Part shown: positions 33,297 through 44,653 of the stretch, piece by piece | How the letters are laid out: each line of letters opens with the position of its first letter | How positions within the stretch are numbered: position 1 is the first letter of the stretch | Source of the DNA: an uncultured Gemmatimonadales bacterium | Lineage (GTDB): Bacteria > Gemmatimonadota > Gemmatimonadetes > Gemmatimonadales > Gemmatimonadaceae | NCBI GenBank assembly: GCA_963707505.1 | Contig: CAVPQB010000003.1 | Location: forward strand, 775,440-839,439 | Length of the DNA stretch: 64,000 nucleotides | Direction of reading: 5' to 3' | The notes under the pieces: generated by a model | Database searches by the model: none | What the model was told of the DNA's origin: nothing | Seen by the model: only the letters and a program-made list of their open reading frames with translations | Position numbers and translations under genes: made by a program

Positions 33297-34444
33297 CGAC
33301 GATTGCGCTGCTCCCCGGTGATGGCGTTGGACCAGAGGTTACCAAGCAGGCCACGATCGCGCTCGAGGCGATCGCGCGAAAGTACGGCCACGATTTCACG
33401 TTCGTCAAGGCCGCGATCGGCGGTGACGCGATCGACTCGTTTGGAGTGCCGCTCCCCGACGCAACGCTGGATCTCTGCCGCAACGCCGACGCGATCATGC
33501 TCGGCGCTGTTGGAGGTCCAAAGTGGGAGGAGATGCCTGTTCCGCTGCGGCCTGAACAGGGTCTTCTGGCTCTCCGGCGCAATCTCGGATTGTTCGCCAA
33601 TATCCGTCCCGTCAAGGCGCCGGTGATTCCATGGCCCCTGTCACCGATCAAACCCGAGGTACTGGCGGGAACGGATATCGTTTTCGTTCGCGAGCTCACC
33701 GGCGGGATCTACTTCGGCGAGAAGAAGTTGGAGGCGGTTATGGGCTGCGCAAACGGCGGTGAGCGAGCGACCGATTCCGCAACGTACACGACAGATGAAA
33801 TAACATCCGTAGTCCGCGTCGCCGCACGGATCGCACGCGAGCGGCGTGGGTTGCTCACGTCGGTGGACAAGGCAAACGTTCTGGAGACATCGCGTCTCTG
33901 GCGCAGAGTAGCGACAGCGGTGGTCCGGGATGAATTTCCGGACGTGCAGCTGGAACATCGCCTCGTCGATTCCTTCTCGATGGACGTGATTGTGCGGCCA
34001 TCTGCATTCGATGTAGTCGTGACGGAGAACATGTTCGGCGACATTCTCACTGACGAGGCTTCGGTTCTCGCGGGCTCGATCGGAATGCTCGCCTCGGCAT
34101 CGCTGGGCCATCCGGGATCAGATGGCAGGCGACTCGGGATGTATGAGCCGATCCACGGGTCGGCGCCGACCATTGCAGGATGCGATGTAGCCAATCCTGC
34201 GGGCGCGATACTCAGCGCAGCAATGCTGCTTCGCTACTCGTTGGGAATGCACGACGAGGCTGCGTGTATCGAAGCGGCGGTCGAGGCAGTGTACAGCTCC
34301 GGATATGTAACGCCGGATCTCGTCCAGCCGGACCAACCGGCATTTCATACGAGCGATGTGGGGCAAGCGGTGGCTCGCGCGATCGCGGACGCGGATCTGT
34401 GTGCTTCGGCTGCGCACTTCGAACGTCTCAGTCTGGGATGCTGA
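33293..34444 (+). CDS. leuB: 3-isopropylmalate dehydrogenase
   Basis: LPGDGVGPEV, RELTGGIYFG, VDKANVL, NMFGDILTD, EPIHGSAP. Confidence 0.95.
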   Translation: MTTIALLPGDGVGPEVTKQATIALEAIARKYGHDFTFVKAAIGGDAIDSFGVPLPDATLDLCRNADAIMLGAVGGPKWEEMPVPLRPEQGLLALRRNLGLFANIRPVKAPVIPWPLSPIKPEVLAGTDIVFVRELTGGIYFGEKKLEAVMGCANGGERATDSATYTTDEITSVVRVAARIARERRGLLTSVDKANVLETSRLWRRVATAVVRDEFPDVQLEHRLVDSFSMDVIVRPSAFDVVVTENMFGDILTDEASVLAGSIGMLASASLGHPGSDGRRLGMYEPIHGSAPTIAGCDVANPAGAILSAAMLLRYSLGMHDEAACIEAAVEAVYSSGYVTPDLVQPDQPAFHTSDVGQAVARAIADADLCASAAHFERLSLGC

Positions 34445-34465
34445 AGCGAAGCTCGCAATGTCTCC

Positions 34466-34492
34466 GGTGCCGGCGGTGGGGACGCCGGCACC
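34466..34492. terminator. Hairpin between convergent leuB and peptidase
   Basis: GGTGCCGGCG/CGCCGGCACC stem; no clear U-tract. Confidence 0.45.
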
Positions 34493-34531
34493 AGAACTTG
34501 CGGTAGCAACGCTCCAGCTACCGGAATGACA

Positions 34532-36886
34532 TCAGGATATCGGCGACGCCGCGCTGTGATTCCTTTCCGGTGCTTCTACACCCAGCAGATTGTGAACGAA
34601 GAAATCGAAGCGCTTGAGCTCGCCGTACGGGCCACCAGATCCGTGACCGGCACCGGGTATGACCAGCAGGTCGAAGTACTTCTTCGCCTTTATCAACGCA
34701 TTGACCACCTGCATGGTCGAGGATGGATCCACGTTGGGATCCATCTCTCCGACCACGAGAAGCAGCTTACCCTGCAGTCTGTATGCGTTGTCCACGTTGG
34801 ATGACGCCGCGTACTGGGGTCCGATCGGCCATCCCATCCATTGCTCGTTCCACCAGATCTTGTCCATGCGATTGTCCTGAGAGCCCGCAGCCGAAACGGC
34901 GGCCTTGTAGAACTCGGGATGAAAGAGCAATGCGCCGAGTGCGCTCTGGCCACCGGCTGACGTCCCGTAGATTCCAACTCGACTGATGTCGTAGTACGGA
35001 TACTTCGCCGCGACCGCCTTGTGCCAGAGAATGCGATCGGGGAAACCGGCATCGGCGAGATTTTTCCAGGCGACATCGTGGAATGCCTTGGATCGGTTCG
35101 ACGTGCCCATACCGTCGATCTGCACGACGATGAAGCCAAGCTCTGCCTGGGCCTGCATGCTCGCCTGAGTGCTGAACGTTTTTGGAACGAAGGAGTCCTG
35201 CGGTCCGGCGTAGATGTTCTCGATGACCGGATACTTCTTTTTCGGATCGAAGTTGGTGGGCCGGATGATGACGCCCCAGATGTCAGTCTTGCCGTCGCGA
35301 CCCTTGGCCGTGAACACTTCCGGCGGACGCCAGCCTGTCGCGAGCAGAGCGCTGGCGTCGGCGTGCTCCACGTTCATCATCACTTTCAGATCGCTCGTTC
35401 GCCGAAGCTGCAGAACAGGCGGCAGATCCACACGCGACCACAGATCGACGTAATACCTGCGATCGGGGGAAAAACTCACTGTGTGCATCGCGTCGGCATC
35501 CGTGATGGCAGTGAGTCCCGTACCGTCGAAGTTTATGCGGTAGTGATGGATGAAGTATGGATCCTTGCCAGGATACATTCCGCTCGCCGCGAACCATATC
35601 TGACGCTTCGCATCGTCGATCCAATCGATGCCGCGCACCACCCACGGTCCCCTGGTGATCTGATTCTTCACTCGCCCGGTGATGCCGTCGTACAGGTAAA
35701 GGTGATTCCACCCGTCGCGCTCCGACGTCCAGATGATTTCCCTTCCGTCGTCGATATCATGCCGGTACTTCTTTGCCGAATACTCGAAGAAGGTCGGTGA
35801 CTCCTCGTCGATGACTGCGCGTGTCGTGCCAGTGTTCGCATCGATCTCGATCACACGATACGCCTGATGGCCACGCTGGTTGTACTCGAACGTCAGCGCC
35901 TGACTGTTCCGCCGCCAGACGAGTGCGGTTACGTCATATGCGTTGGGGAAGAGCGAGTTGTCGATGACGAACTGTCTGTGCGACGCGAGATCGAAGAGTA
36001 CGGGTTGATCGACGTCGAGCACATCGCCCGGCTTGTTGTAGTAGAGCGTCGAGTCCCTGGGCTGGAGCTGATCGGTTGGCGACGACAGCACGTAATGCAC
36101 CATCCGCCGATAACCGGGCTGCACGCGGTAGGCCGCGATTCGTTTCGAGTCGGGCGACCAGACGATGGACGACTGATCGTATGCATCACCTTCCGATCCG
36201 TCGGTGCTGAGCATGGTCCCGCGGTCGGAGCCTACGGGGCGCACATAGACGTTGAAGTTGCGTATGAGTGCTTCCTGCTTTCCATCGGGCGAAATGTGCG
36301 GGAGCGTATCCTGACGTGGCAGCGCACCGAACAGTCCTCCGCCATAGCTCCGTCGCTCCCGCTGCGCGCGTACAGAGGGCGGCGCGATGGCGCAGACGTA
36401 ATCTGCAAGCGTGCAGCGCCAGCGTACCGCGTCGGCGGGCGGTCCGAAGCGATCACGCGGTACGAATTCGATAGCGCTCTCGCCATCGACAAACGAGAAT
36501 GTCGCGAACGGAAGTGTGAGCGCGGTGATCGGCCGCTTGAGATCCGTGCTGAGCGTGGCGGCGAGTCTCGTCTGATCGAAAGGCGAACGTCGGTCGAGCG
36601 TGGCTGCATCAACGAGTACGAAGGAGTGTCCACCGCGCACCGATTTGTTGTAGACGAAGCTGTCACCATTCGGGAGCCAGGCCGGCGGATCGGCGTCGTC
36701 CACAACCAGTCCGTCGAGCCGGCGCGCCAGTCCTTCGGCGCGTTGGTAGTCAGCCGCTGTTCCCTGCGCGACACCTGCTACGGGGATCGCAGCGGCGACA
36801 CTGCATGACAGAAGAACGACCACCAGCGCGCGCTGTGCACGAGCTGCCCGTGCGGCGGTGGGCGCCGGCCCTGTTACGGATTTCAT
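34532..36886 (-). CDS. S9B dipeptidyl-peptidase IV-like secreted peptidase
   Basis: Signal peptide, beta-propeller repeats, GTSAGG nucleophile, D-NV and GH catalytic motifs. Confidence 0.9.
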   Translation of the reverse strand: MKSVTGPAPTAARAARAQRALVVVLLSCSVAAAIPVAGVAQGTAADYQRAEGLARRLDGLVVDDADPPAWLPNGDSFVYNKSVRGGHSFVLVDAATLDRRSPFDQTRLAATLSTDLKRPITALTLPFATFSFVDGESAIEFVPRDRFGPPADAVRWRCTLADYVCAIAPPSVRAQRERRSYGGGLFGALPRQDTLPHISPDGKQEALIRNFNVYVRPVGSDRGTMLSTDGSEGDAYDQSSIVWSPDSKRIAAYRVQPGYRRMVHYVLSSPTDQLQPRDSTLYYNKPGDVLDVDQPVLFDLASHRQFVIDNSLFPNAYDVTALVWRRNSQALTFEYNQRGHQAYRVIEIDANTGTTRAVIDEESPTFFEYSAKKYRHDIDDGREIIWTSERDGWNHLYLYDGITGRVKNQITRGPWVVRGIDWIDDAKRQIWFAASGMYPGKDPYFIHHYRINFDGTGLTAITDADAMHTVSFSPDRRYYVDLWSRVDLPPVLQLRRTSDLKVMMNVEHADASALLATGWRPPEVFTAKGRDGKTDIWGVIIRPTNFDPKKKYPVIENIYAGPQDSFVPKTFSTQASMQAQAELGFIVVQIDGMGTSNRSKAFHDVAWKNLADAGFPDRILWHKAVAAKYPYYDISRVGIYGTSAGGQSALGALLFHPEFYKAAVSAAGSQDNRMDKIWWNEQWMGWPIGPQYAASSNVDNAYRLQGKLLLVVGEMDPNVDPSSTMQVVNALIKAKKYFDLLVIPGAGHGSGGPYGELKRFDFFVHNLLGVEAPERNHSAASPIS

Positions 36887-37050
36887 TGTTCCGTTCCCTT
36901 TTTGCTTGGCGATTGTGGAGGCAGGCGGATCCTGAGGGCATTATGCACCCGGTCTGTCGAAGCGGGAAGGGATATAATATCCAATCTTGACGACCGCAAG
37001 ATTGGGCAGGGCGGAAGTGTTGCTGCGATGCCGATGTGATCGCGAGCGGT

Positions 37051-37545
37051 CTACGCGCCGACGCTACGCGCGTACTGGATGTAGTCTGTCAGCGCGGGCT
37101 GGCCGCCAAGTGCGCGGACGGTTTGCGCTATCTGTCCGCGGTGATGCTCCGAGTGCACGATGACTTGCGTAATGATGTCGAAGACAGTGTTGCTATATTC
37201 GTCGCCCTTGCTGTTGGCATACGTCACGACGCGGCCCAAGTCGTCGTCTGACAGAGAGGCAACATAGGTAAGCCACGCCGCATGCACGTCCGTCAGTATA
37301 CGGTCCAGAATCTGCGGCGCGATGTCGGGCCAGATCGCCACGGGTGGCCGCTCGCCCTTTGTTCGGGCGAGCCAGTTCCAATTTGCGCCAATGATATGTG
37401 CGATTAGTACCTGAATCGGCCTTGGCGACTCCTGCCGAGCCTGCTCCAGGACCGTCGCTGGAACGCTTGCCAACGAGCGAATCATTTCGAGGTCCGCCCA
37501 GGCATCGTACTTGAGAAGTCTTCTCGCCCGCTCGATCTCTGTCAT
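37051..37545 (-). CDS. DinB family protein
   Basis: YDAWAD, AHIIGA, HSEHHRGQIA. Confidence 0.85.
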   Translation of the reverse strand: MTEIERARRLLKYDAWADLEMIRSLASVPATVLEQARQESPRPIQVLIAHIIGANWNWLARTKGERPPVAIWPDIAPQILDRILTDVHAAWLTYVASLSDDDLGRVVTYANSKGDEYSNTVFDIITQVIVHSEHHRGQIAQTVRALGGQPALTDYIQYARSVGA

Positions 37546-37840
37546 GGCTATCAACACCTGACAAAATTCGGATGCCGTACACCCTTTTAGGAATCTATAT
37601 CTGTTTTCGCGATGGAGACGAGCGCAATCGAACCTGAAACAGCACCGGCCAAAACTTGCCCGTGAGCAGGAGCTGCTTTCCGTCGGGGCCTCACTGCCAC
37701 GACACGCAATGGCGCCGAGGATGGCCAGGGCGGCAACCAGTATCGATCCAGCGCGTTTTGGTGGCGCGCAGAAAACTACGTGACCATGCGACTCGAGTGA
37801 CGAATTTGTGTTGAGTGACGCGCCTGTATGGAAGTGGTCA

Positions 37841-38482
37841 TCACTTATTGAGAAACCTGAACGCATGACCCCACTCGCCGCGCAAGAGACCCGGTATGCA
37901 CCAGAGCATGCAGAGTGGCTCGATCGCGCGGGCCGACTCGGCACTACCCATGTCCGCTACGTCCCAGCCGAATTGATCCAGAACGCCTGCGACTGTTTTT
38001 CTCGCGGCTTCGTTGTTTCCACAGATGAACATGGTTGGCTTTCCGTCGGCGAACTGCGGGCCGACCATGAAGGCGCTCCCGACGGAGTTGAAAGCTTTCA
38101 CGAAGCGCACCTCGCCAAACTCGCGCTGCAGCCGCTCCATCAACGAATCGTCAAGGTTTGTAAAGAACTTCAACACGCCATTGCTCGGCGGAGCATCGGC
38201 GATCGGATTGGTCGTGTCGATTACGATCTTGCCGGACAAGGCTGTTGCACCTGCTGCGCGCAGCACGTCCGCAGCTGCCGCGCCCTTGACCGCCAGCACG
38301 ACGATCTCGCCGAACGCTGCGGTTTCGGAAAAGCTGCCAACCCTGCCGCGCGGATTGCTCGCGAGCCAGTCTGCCAGTTTTGCGCTGTCGCGCGTGCCGA
38401 CCATCGCCTCATGGCCGTGCTCGAGAAAGCCTGTGGCCAGGGCTCTTCCTACGTCACCGGAACCAAGAACGCCGATCTTCAT
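37841..38482 (-). CDS. NADPH-dependent F420 reductase-like dinucleotide-binding oxidoreductase
   Basis: MKIGVLGSGDVG, IDTTNPI, VKAFNSV. Confidence 0.88.
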   Translation of the reverse strand: MKIGVLGSGDVGRALATGFLEHGHEAMVGTRDSAKLADWLASNPRGRVGSFSETAAFGEIVVLAVKGAAAADVLRAAGATALSGKIVIDTTNPIADAPPSNGVLKFFTNLDDSLMERLQREFGEVRFVKAFNSVGSAFMVGPQFADGKPTMFICGNNEAARKTVAGVLDQFGWDVADMGSAESARAIEPLCMLWCIPGLLRGEWGHAFRFLNK

Positions 38483-38608
38483 TGGTGCAACATCCTTTCC
38501 ACGAATGATCGATTGCCGCGTCACGCCACGGCGGTGTCGTTGAGCTCAGTGTCCGCCGCAAACTCCGAGCCACTCACGGTCAACCGTTCGCGTTCCTGCT
38601 GTTCCTGT

Positions 38609-39367
38609 TCACTCCCACCGAAACACCCTGGTCGAGAGTGCGGTGTACGCGGCAAACAGAGCGAGCAACGCTGCGACATTTACCCAGTGCGCACCCCAAC
38701 CCGATCCGTCCCACACGCCCTGCAGCAACGCCACGGCGTGCGTCGTCGGGAACAGGTACGCCAGGTCGCGGAGTGCACGCGGGAATCGATCCACTGGATA
38801 GAACAGTCCCGACAACGCGAGCATGGGATAGAGCACGGCCGCGCTGATCGGCTGCGCGAAACGCGCCGTAGGCACCAGGCTGGCGAGCACGAAGCCGAGT
38901 GAGAGAATGCTGAACGTGCTGAGGACAACGGCTCCGGAGAAGCTGAAAACGTTTACGCGCATCACGCCCGGGAAAATGCGCCGGCCGGCGAGCATGAGCA
39001 GCGTGAGGCTGACCACCGTGAATACGAGCTTCACAGTGACCTGCGCACCCATGATCGTCACTGGCGAAAGCGGGGTGGAGCGGAGGCGTTTGAGGATACC
39101 GCCTTCCCTGTAGATGGATATGATCGCAACGAGCGATTGCACCGCGCTGATCGCGATCAATATCGCCGCGAGGATGGCCACGTTGAACGGAATATCGACT
39201 TTCGGCGTGGCCACCGGTTTGCCGATGCCGAGGGTGCGTCCCAATACTACGAAAACCAACAGCGGCATCACTAGCGCGCCGACGAACCCCATCGGCTCGC
39301 GCATGAAGATCTTGGTCTCGAGCCAGGTGAGCTTCCAGAATCCCCGGAGCGGTCCGCGTGGCATCAT
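38609..39367 (-). CDS. ABC-2 type permease
   Basis: REGGILKRLRSTPLSP, LSGLFYPV, six TM segments. Confidence 0.88.
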   Translation of the reverse strand: MMPRGPLRGFWKLTWLETKIFMREPMGFVGALVMPLLVFVVLGRTLGIGKPVATPKVDIPFNVAILAAILIAISAVQSLVAIISIYREGGILKRLRSTPLSPVTIMGAQVTVKLVFTVVSLTLLMLAGRRIFPGVMRVNVFSFSGAVVLSTFSILSLGFVLASLVPTARFAQPISAAVLYPMLALSGLFYPVDRFPRALRDLAYLFPTTHAVALLQGVWDGSGWGAHWVNVAALLALFAAYTALSTRVFRWE

Positions 39368-40272
39368 CAGTCCCTGATCCCGTGACCAGTCAGCTTGAGG
39401 AACACGTCCTCGAGCGTCGGGATCTCGGTGCGGAAGCCGCGCACGCGAATGCCCTCGCGCGCGATGACGTTGATCACTTCGGTCACGAAGTCGTCACCCG
39501 CTCCGTGAATCGTGTATGTCACGCCATTACGCTCGACCGCGCCCAGACCATGCATCCGTTCGGCGACATCTTCATCATCACTCGTGAACACGGCAGTCCG
39601 CTCCGGGCAGTGCTTCTGTACCAGCTCGGCCGGCGTGCCCAACTCGATGATGCATCCGTGCTCGATGATGGCGACGCGATCGCAGAGTCGCTCGGCTTCT
39701 TCCATCAGGTGAGTCGTGAGGAACACCGTCGTGCCACGGTCTCTGATCCCGGTTACCAGGGCCCATATCGCACGACGCGCCTGTGGGTCGAGCCCGGTGG
39801 TGAGCTCGTCGAGGAACACGACGCTGGGTTCATGGATGAGCGCCAGTGCGATGAAGAGTCGCTGCTTCTGCCCACCCGAGAGCGTCATGAACCATGAGTC
39901 GCGTTTTTCCGCGAGTCCGAGCTGGTCGAGGAGTGCGTCGGTATCTACCACACGGGGATACAGCGACGCCCACAGGTCGACGGCCTCCCACACCTTGATC
40001 CGCTTCTGGAGCTGCGCCTCCTGGTGCTGCACACCGATCCGCTGCCGGAGGGCGTTGGCGTCTCGCTGTGGATCGAGGCCCAGTACCGAGATGGTTCCCG
40101 TGTCGGGAACGCGATTGCCCTCGACGCATTCCATCGTGGTCGTCTTGCCGGCGCCGTTTGGACCAATGAGCCCGAAGATCTCGCCCTCGAACACTTCCAG
40201 CGAGACGTCTCTCACTGCGACAGTGCGGCCGTAGCGCTTACCCAGTCTCGAGACGGAAATGACGGGAATCAC
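39367..40272 (-). CDS. ABC transporter ATP-binding protein
   Basis: GPNGAGKTT, LSGGQKQR, LDELTTGLD, TTH. Confidence 0.93.
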   Translation of the reverse strand: MIPVISVSRLGKRYGRTVAVRDVSLEVFEGEIFGLIGPNGAGKTTTMECVEGNRVPDTGTISVLGLDPQRDANALRQRIGVQHQEAQLQKRIKVWEAVDLWASLYPRVVDTDALLDQLGLAEKRDSWFMTLSGGQKQRLFIALALIHEPSVVFLDELTTGLDPQARRAIWALVTGIRDRGTTVFLTTHLMEEAERLCDRVAIIEHGCIIELGTPAELVQKHCPERTAVFTSDDEDVAERMHGLGAVERNGVTYTIHGAGDDFVTEVINVIAREGIRVRGFRTEIPTLEDVFLKLTGHGIRD

Positions 40273-40949
40273 GTTGGATCTTGCATCGCCTGTGTCAGTT
40301 GCGCTGCTACGTCATCCATCTGTCGCCTGCGTAGCCGAGCCCAGCGCGGGAGTCGTAGTGCGCCGTTTGCGATGAAAACAGCACCTATCGTCGCAAGTGA
40401 GACAATCGCGGGTGCTGCATCGACAATCGTGCCGTGCGCCGCGACGACGAAGCCGACTACTGCAGACATTCCGAGCATCAGCGCGCCGACGGCGGTCGAA
40501 GCGCGCGCGTTGCCCTTGAATGTGCCAAGCCGCAGTTGATATCCCGTTGGCGTGGGCTCGAGCAGCGCATGCAGGTTGCCGTTGCTCCACTCGCGAAGCG
40601 ATCCCTGGGTGCGCACGGTACCGCGCGCATGGAACACTTCACGAAGCCGGACGATGAGGAGATCCCATTCTGTATCCGTGAGATTTCGATCGAGTGCAAC
40701 TGTACGCTCCACGGCGAGGGGAAGCCCTAAAAAGGTCTGCGGTATTGCTGCATCGCGCGGACGATCCAGCGACTGCGCCGCACGCGATACGGCAGTGGGC
40801 GAGATCCCGACTTCGCGGGCGATGTCCTGCAGGTCGTTGAGCGTAAGTCCGTCGGCGCGGCTTCCTGGCAGCATGCGCGAGTCTGAGCCTTCCGCGGCCG
40901 CCCGGAAAATCGCCTCCACCTCGTTTTCATTGTAGCGGCGGTCTGGCAT
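40269..40949 (-). CDS. Hypothetical membrane protein
   Basis: 226-aa ORF with RBS; LNDLQDIAREVGI motif and two C-terminal TM helices; overlaps the ABC ATPase start. Confidence 0.7.
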   Translation of the reverse strand: MPDRRYNENEVEAIFRAAAEGSDSRMLPGSRADGLTLNDLQDIAREVGISPTAVSRAAQSLDRPRDAAIPQTFLGLPLAVERTVALDRNLTDTEWDLLIVRLREVFHARGTVRTQGSLREWSNGNLHALLEPTPTGYQLRLGTFKGNARASTAVGALMLGMSAVVGFVVAAHGTIVDAAPAIVSLATIGAVFIANGALRLPRWARLRRRQMDDVAAQLTQAMQDPT

Positions 40950-41150
40950 GATGATTCCAATCCCTCCAGTGAAGCCTGTGTGCCCGTATTACCGAGTCCA
41001 GGTAATCAAGTATAAGGGGCTACCTCACGTCGACGGAGGCATTGCTGGAGCGAACCACGCGCCGCTACGTTACACCCCGTGACCGATTGCACGGGTTTTG
41101 TATGCAAGCGTGCATACGGAGTCCTGCTCTCTCCCCGTACCCGATATCTC

Positions 41151-41582
41151 ATGAATTCAATTCCACCAGTCGCGGACGCCGGCCTATCGGGCGAGCCAGA
41201 GCCGTTCAGCGCTCATACACTCTCGGCGTCGTTGACGGTCAATGTCATTCAAACGAGCCTTGCGTGGTACCGCGACGTGCTCGGCTTCACTGTTGCTCAC
41301 ACGCATGAGCGTGACGGGAAGCTGTTCGCCGTTTCGCTCAGGGCGGGGACAGTGGCGATCCTGCTGACCCAGGATAACGGCGCTAAAGGGTTGAACCGGG
41401 CCAAGGGCGAGGGAATATCGCTGCGACTGACGACGTCGCAGAACATCGACGAGCTGGCGAGACGAATACGCGAAGGTGGCGGCGTGCTGGAGACGGAGCC
41501 GGCGGACGTGAGGGGCGTGCGCATGTTTCGGTTGCTGGATCCGGATGGTTTCAAGCTGATGATATCGTCAGAACCCGCGTAA
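41151..41582 (+). CDS. VOC/glyoxalase family protein
   Basis: SLAWYRDVLGF, FRLLDPDGFKL. Confidence 0.85.
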   Translation: MNSIPPVADAGLSGEPEPFSAHTLSASLTVNVIQTSLAWYRDVLGFTVAHTHERDGKLFAVSLRAGTVAILLTQDNGAKGLNRAKGEGISLRLTTSQNIDELARRIREGGGVLETEPADVRGVRMFRLLDPDGFKLMISSEPA

Positions 41583-41664
41583 ACGGCACGCTTCAGACAA
41601 TTGGGTACGCAGCTCGATACCCCGGCGCCCCAATCAATGTGCGTCTAACAGCGGCTAATGCACG

Positions 41665-42087
41665 TTACGAAAGCCAGCCGTTCTTCGTCGCCTTGCTCGC
41701 CAGCACGGCCAGCCCCAATGCGACGACCAGTACAACGCATTGCAGAATGACTGCCGTCGATCCAGCCTGTGACATCGCGCCGCTCATGCCGAAGAACGAG
41801 AGGTCCTGAAGGATCACGCCGAGCAGCGAAAGCACCAGCAGTGGATACGCCCATCGCTTGCCGATGATGAGCCCGATGCAGCCAAGCGCGCCAGCGCACA
41901 CGGCGATACCTGTCGCAGCGACGGACCAGGCAGGACGAGCCGCATACATCGCCTGCTGTGCGGCACTCAGCTTCGCAACATCTGCTGGAGTGAGGCGGAG
42001 ATCCATGATGAACGCGGCACAACCGATCAAGTTCCAGATCAGTGCAACAATACCAACGGGCTTGAGCCACTTCGGTGTTGCAGTCAT
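41665..42087 (-). CDS. Hypothetical four-TM membrane protein
   Basis: ALIWNLIG, hydrophobic helices, C-terminal KNGWLS. Confidence 0.7.
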   Translation of the reverse strand: MTATPKWLKPVGIVALIWNLIGCAAFIMDLRLTPADVAKLSAAQQAMYAARPAWSVAATGIAVCAGALGCIGLIIGKRWAYPLLVLSLLGVILQDLSFFGMSGAMSQAGSTAVILQCVVLVVALGLAVLASKATKNGWLS

Positions 42088-42143
42088 ATCGATCCCCCTG
42101 GGTGTGAGTGCGTCGGTGATTTCCTGCGGTCGAACGGCAGTTG

Positions 42144-43685
42144 CTACGCGGCTACCTGAGAGACGGCCCATTCCAATGCTGATGCCATCGCCCGTGCATT
42201 CTCGAAGCGGCCAGCGGGGTCCTTCGTGAGCGCTCGAATGATTATGGCGTCGACTTCCGGCGGAATATCCGTTACATGGGTCGACGGCGCAGGCGGCATC
42301 TCATACAGATGTGCAGCCAGCATCTGCATCGAGTTGCGTCCTGCAAACGGTGAGCGACCGGTAAAGAGAAAGTATCCGAGCGCGCCGAGGCTGTAGAGAT
42401 CTGAAGACGCGCTGATCTCGTTGGGATCGCCGCATTGCTCGGGGCTCATGAACTCCGGTGTTCCCACGATCATGCCGGCCTGGGTGAGCGTCGCACCCAT
42501 TGCATCGGCGCTTCCAGTGCCGCGCGCAGTGACGAGACCAAAGTCGAGCAGCTTCGCGACGTCCGGCATGCCGCCGCGATTGCCGAGTATCACATTGCTC
42601 GGCTTGATGTCGCGATGCACGAGTCCGCGATCGTGCGCTTCGGCGAGCGCGCCGCAGAGCTGAGTCAAAACGTGAACGGCGCGCGCCACGTGCATTGGCC
42701 CGTCGCGCTCTACAATCTTTTCGAGCGTTTCGCCGTCGAGCAATTCCATCACGCAGTAGAACGTCCCGTCCTCGGACCGACCATAGTCGAATAGCTGCAC
42801 AGTGTTGGGATGCGTGAGCTGCGCAGTTGCCTGCGCCTCTCGCTCGAATCGAGCGAGCGCATCGGGGCTACCGGCCTGCTCGGAGCTGATCAACTTGATA
42901 GCGACCGGGCGCCGAAGCATCCGATGCTCACCGCGGAAGACGTCGCCCATGCCACCCGATCCAAGCTGCTCGCCAAGGACATACTGGCCCAGCTCGCGCG
43001 CCGCGGCTTCACGACGCACCACGGTCTCGTAGCGATATGACCCGAACCAGATTATGAGCCCAACCAACACGAGCAAAGTACCTTTGAATCCGAACACAAT
43101 CGGCGCGATCGATGTCGGCAGCAGGCCGGTGGTAAGTGCCCACGCGTCCGGAGCGAGCCCAGCGAGCGTGAACAGCACCATGGCCACGGCTGCTCGACGT
43201 GCAGGATTGGGAATGAGCACGCCGTACGCGACCATCAGGAATACGGGGAAGCTCGCCATCCCGAGTGCGATGTCGATCGGCGCCCTCGCGTATACGCCCT
43301 GCAGTGTCGAGTAGTCAAAGACGTTGAGCGCAAGAAAAAGTCCCACGCCGAAGGTGAAGATCACCGCCTCGTAGATACGCAGCCTGCCGAGTGGTCGAGG
43401 CGTTGCAGGGCGAAGCAGCAGCGCCGCGATCACGAACAGCACAGCGACGAGCAAGTAGAGGTATGACGAGCCCGCCGACAGTGGAGCGGCAGCACTGCGC
43501 GCGCGCATGATTGGGGAGAGCGTACCGAAGATTGCGGCGCCACCGTTGTACACGACGCTGACCCAGGCAACAGCGCGGAGCCTTCGCTGAAGGGTGGCGC
43601 GCAGCTCTTCGCTGTTACTGAAGTCGTCGCGATGTGTGCCGGCGCGTCGGAAGCGGGCGGCGAGTTGGGGGGTCGGCATCGCCAT
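42144..43685 (-). CDS. Membrane-bound Hanks-type Ser/Thr protein kinase
   Basis: GSGGMGDV, VAIK, HRDIKPSN, DFG, GTPEFMSPE; N-terminal TM helices. Confidence 0.92.
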   Translation of the reverse strand: MAMPTPQLAARFRRAGTHRDDFSNSEELRATLQRRLRAVAWVSVVYNGGAAIFGTLSPIMRARSAAAPLSAGSSYLYLLVAVLFVIAALLLRPATPRPLGRLRIYEAVIFTFGVGLFLALNVFDYSTLQGVYARAPIDIALGMASFPVFLMVAYGVLIPNPARRAAVAMVLFTLAGLAPDAWALTTGLLPTSIAPIVFGFKGTLLVLVGLIIWFGSYRYETVVRREAAARELGQYVLGEQLGSGGMGDVFRGEHRMLRRPVAIKLISSEQAGSPDALARFEREAQATAQLTHPNTVQLFDYGRSEDGTFYCVMELLDGETLEKIVERDGPMHVARAVHVLTQLCGALAEAHDRGLVHRDIKPSNVILGNRGGMPDVAKLLDFGLVTARGTGSADAMGATLTQAGMIVGTPEFMSPEQCGDPNEISASSDLYSLGALGYFLFTGRSPFAGRNSMQMLAAHLYEMPPAPSTHVTDIPPEVDAIIIRALTKDPAGRFENARAMASALEWAVSQVAA

Positions 43686-43769
43686 AATCATGCACCAGAA
43701 CGCGCTGTCCGGCGAGGACTCACTTCGGGTGCGCTCCCCGGTACGCACCCTATGTTACACGCGGATTCC

Positions 43770-44627
43770 TTACGTAGTCGCGATGAGAAACGACTCTCCG
43801 CTCGCGGGGCGCAGTCTGTCCGTGCGGTCGGCGAAGTAGCGCTCGGTAAGGTCAGCCGCCGACACATGAGCGACCGATGCGAACCCTGCGTCCCGGGCCA
43901 TCGCCAACATTTCGGGCGGAGTGAAGAAGCTGAGGAATGGCGTTCCCGACGCTCGGGCGCTTTTCTGGACTTCCGTGTGTTGCTGGCGCTCGTCACCTTC
44001 GGTGAGCTCTGCAGGAAGAAGGAACGTCATCGCCAACGTGGATCCGGGAGCGAGCGTCGCGAGCCGGCGCAGCGTGGCCGCGACCGCGTCTCTCGTCAGA
44101 TACATCGTGACGCCGGTGCAGGCGACCATGGTCGGCAGGCTCGCATCGAAGCCGGACTCCGCGAGCCGGTCCCACCAGTCGTCGCCGGCCTCGAAGTCGA
44201 CCGGCACGAGTTGCAGCCAGTCGGGAACGCCGAGGCCCAGCTCGATCAGGCGTTGTCGCTTCCATGCCTGCGTCTCGGGCTGGTCGATCTCGAATATCCG
44301 CATGCGCGAGGCGATCTCCGGCCTGCGTTGCGCGAACGTGTCGAGTCCCGCGCCGAGTATGAGATACTGAGTGACTCCGAGCGCGGCCTGTTCCGTGACC
44401 AGGTCGTCGACGAAGCGGGCACGGGCAACGATTCCCGCGCGGAAGCCGCTGGTGCCTTTGGGGTCCATATCGGGCCGCTCGCGCCACTTGTCATCAGGCG
44501 CCGCGAGTTGAAGACCGATGGTGTCTTCGATGACGTACGGAGGTGCGTCGACCTCGACGTGCAGTGCGCGCCATAACGCGACACGCACCGCCGAGCTGTC
44601 GGGCGCTACTGTTGGTTTTTCGTGCAT
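43770..44627 (-). CDS. SAM-dependent methyltransferase (leucine carboxyl methyltransferase family)
   Basis: ARARFVDD, QYLILGAGLDT, FEIDQP, GVTMYL. Confidence 0.9.
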   Translation of the reverse strand: MHEKPTVAPDSSAVRVALWRALHVEVDAPPYVIEDTIGLQLAAPDDKWRERPDMDPKGTSGFRAGIVARARFVDDLVTEQAALGVTQYLILGAGLDTFAQRRPEIASRMRIFEIDQPETQAWKRQRLIELGLGVPDWLQLVPVDFEAGDDWWDRLAESGFDASLPTMVACTGVTMYLTRDAVAATLRRLATLAPGSTLAMTFLLPAELTEGDERQQHTEVQKSARASGTPFLSFFTPPEMLAMARDAGFASVAHVSAADLTERYFADRTDRLRPASGESFLIATT

Positions 44628-44653
44628 ATGGAAATCAAACTAATCGCGCGAGA

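Noticed and set aside
37560..37840. N-terminal extension of DinB containing a lipobox (AILGAIAC)
   Set aside because: No clear start or RBS; likely a gene fragment that cannot be assigned.
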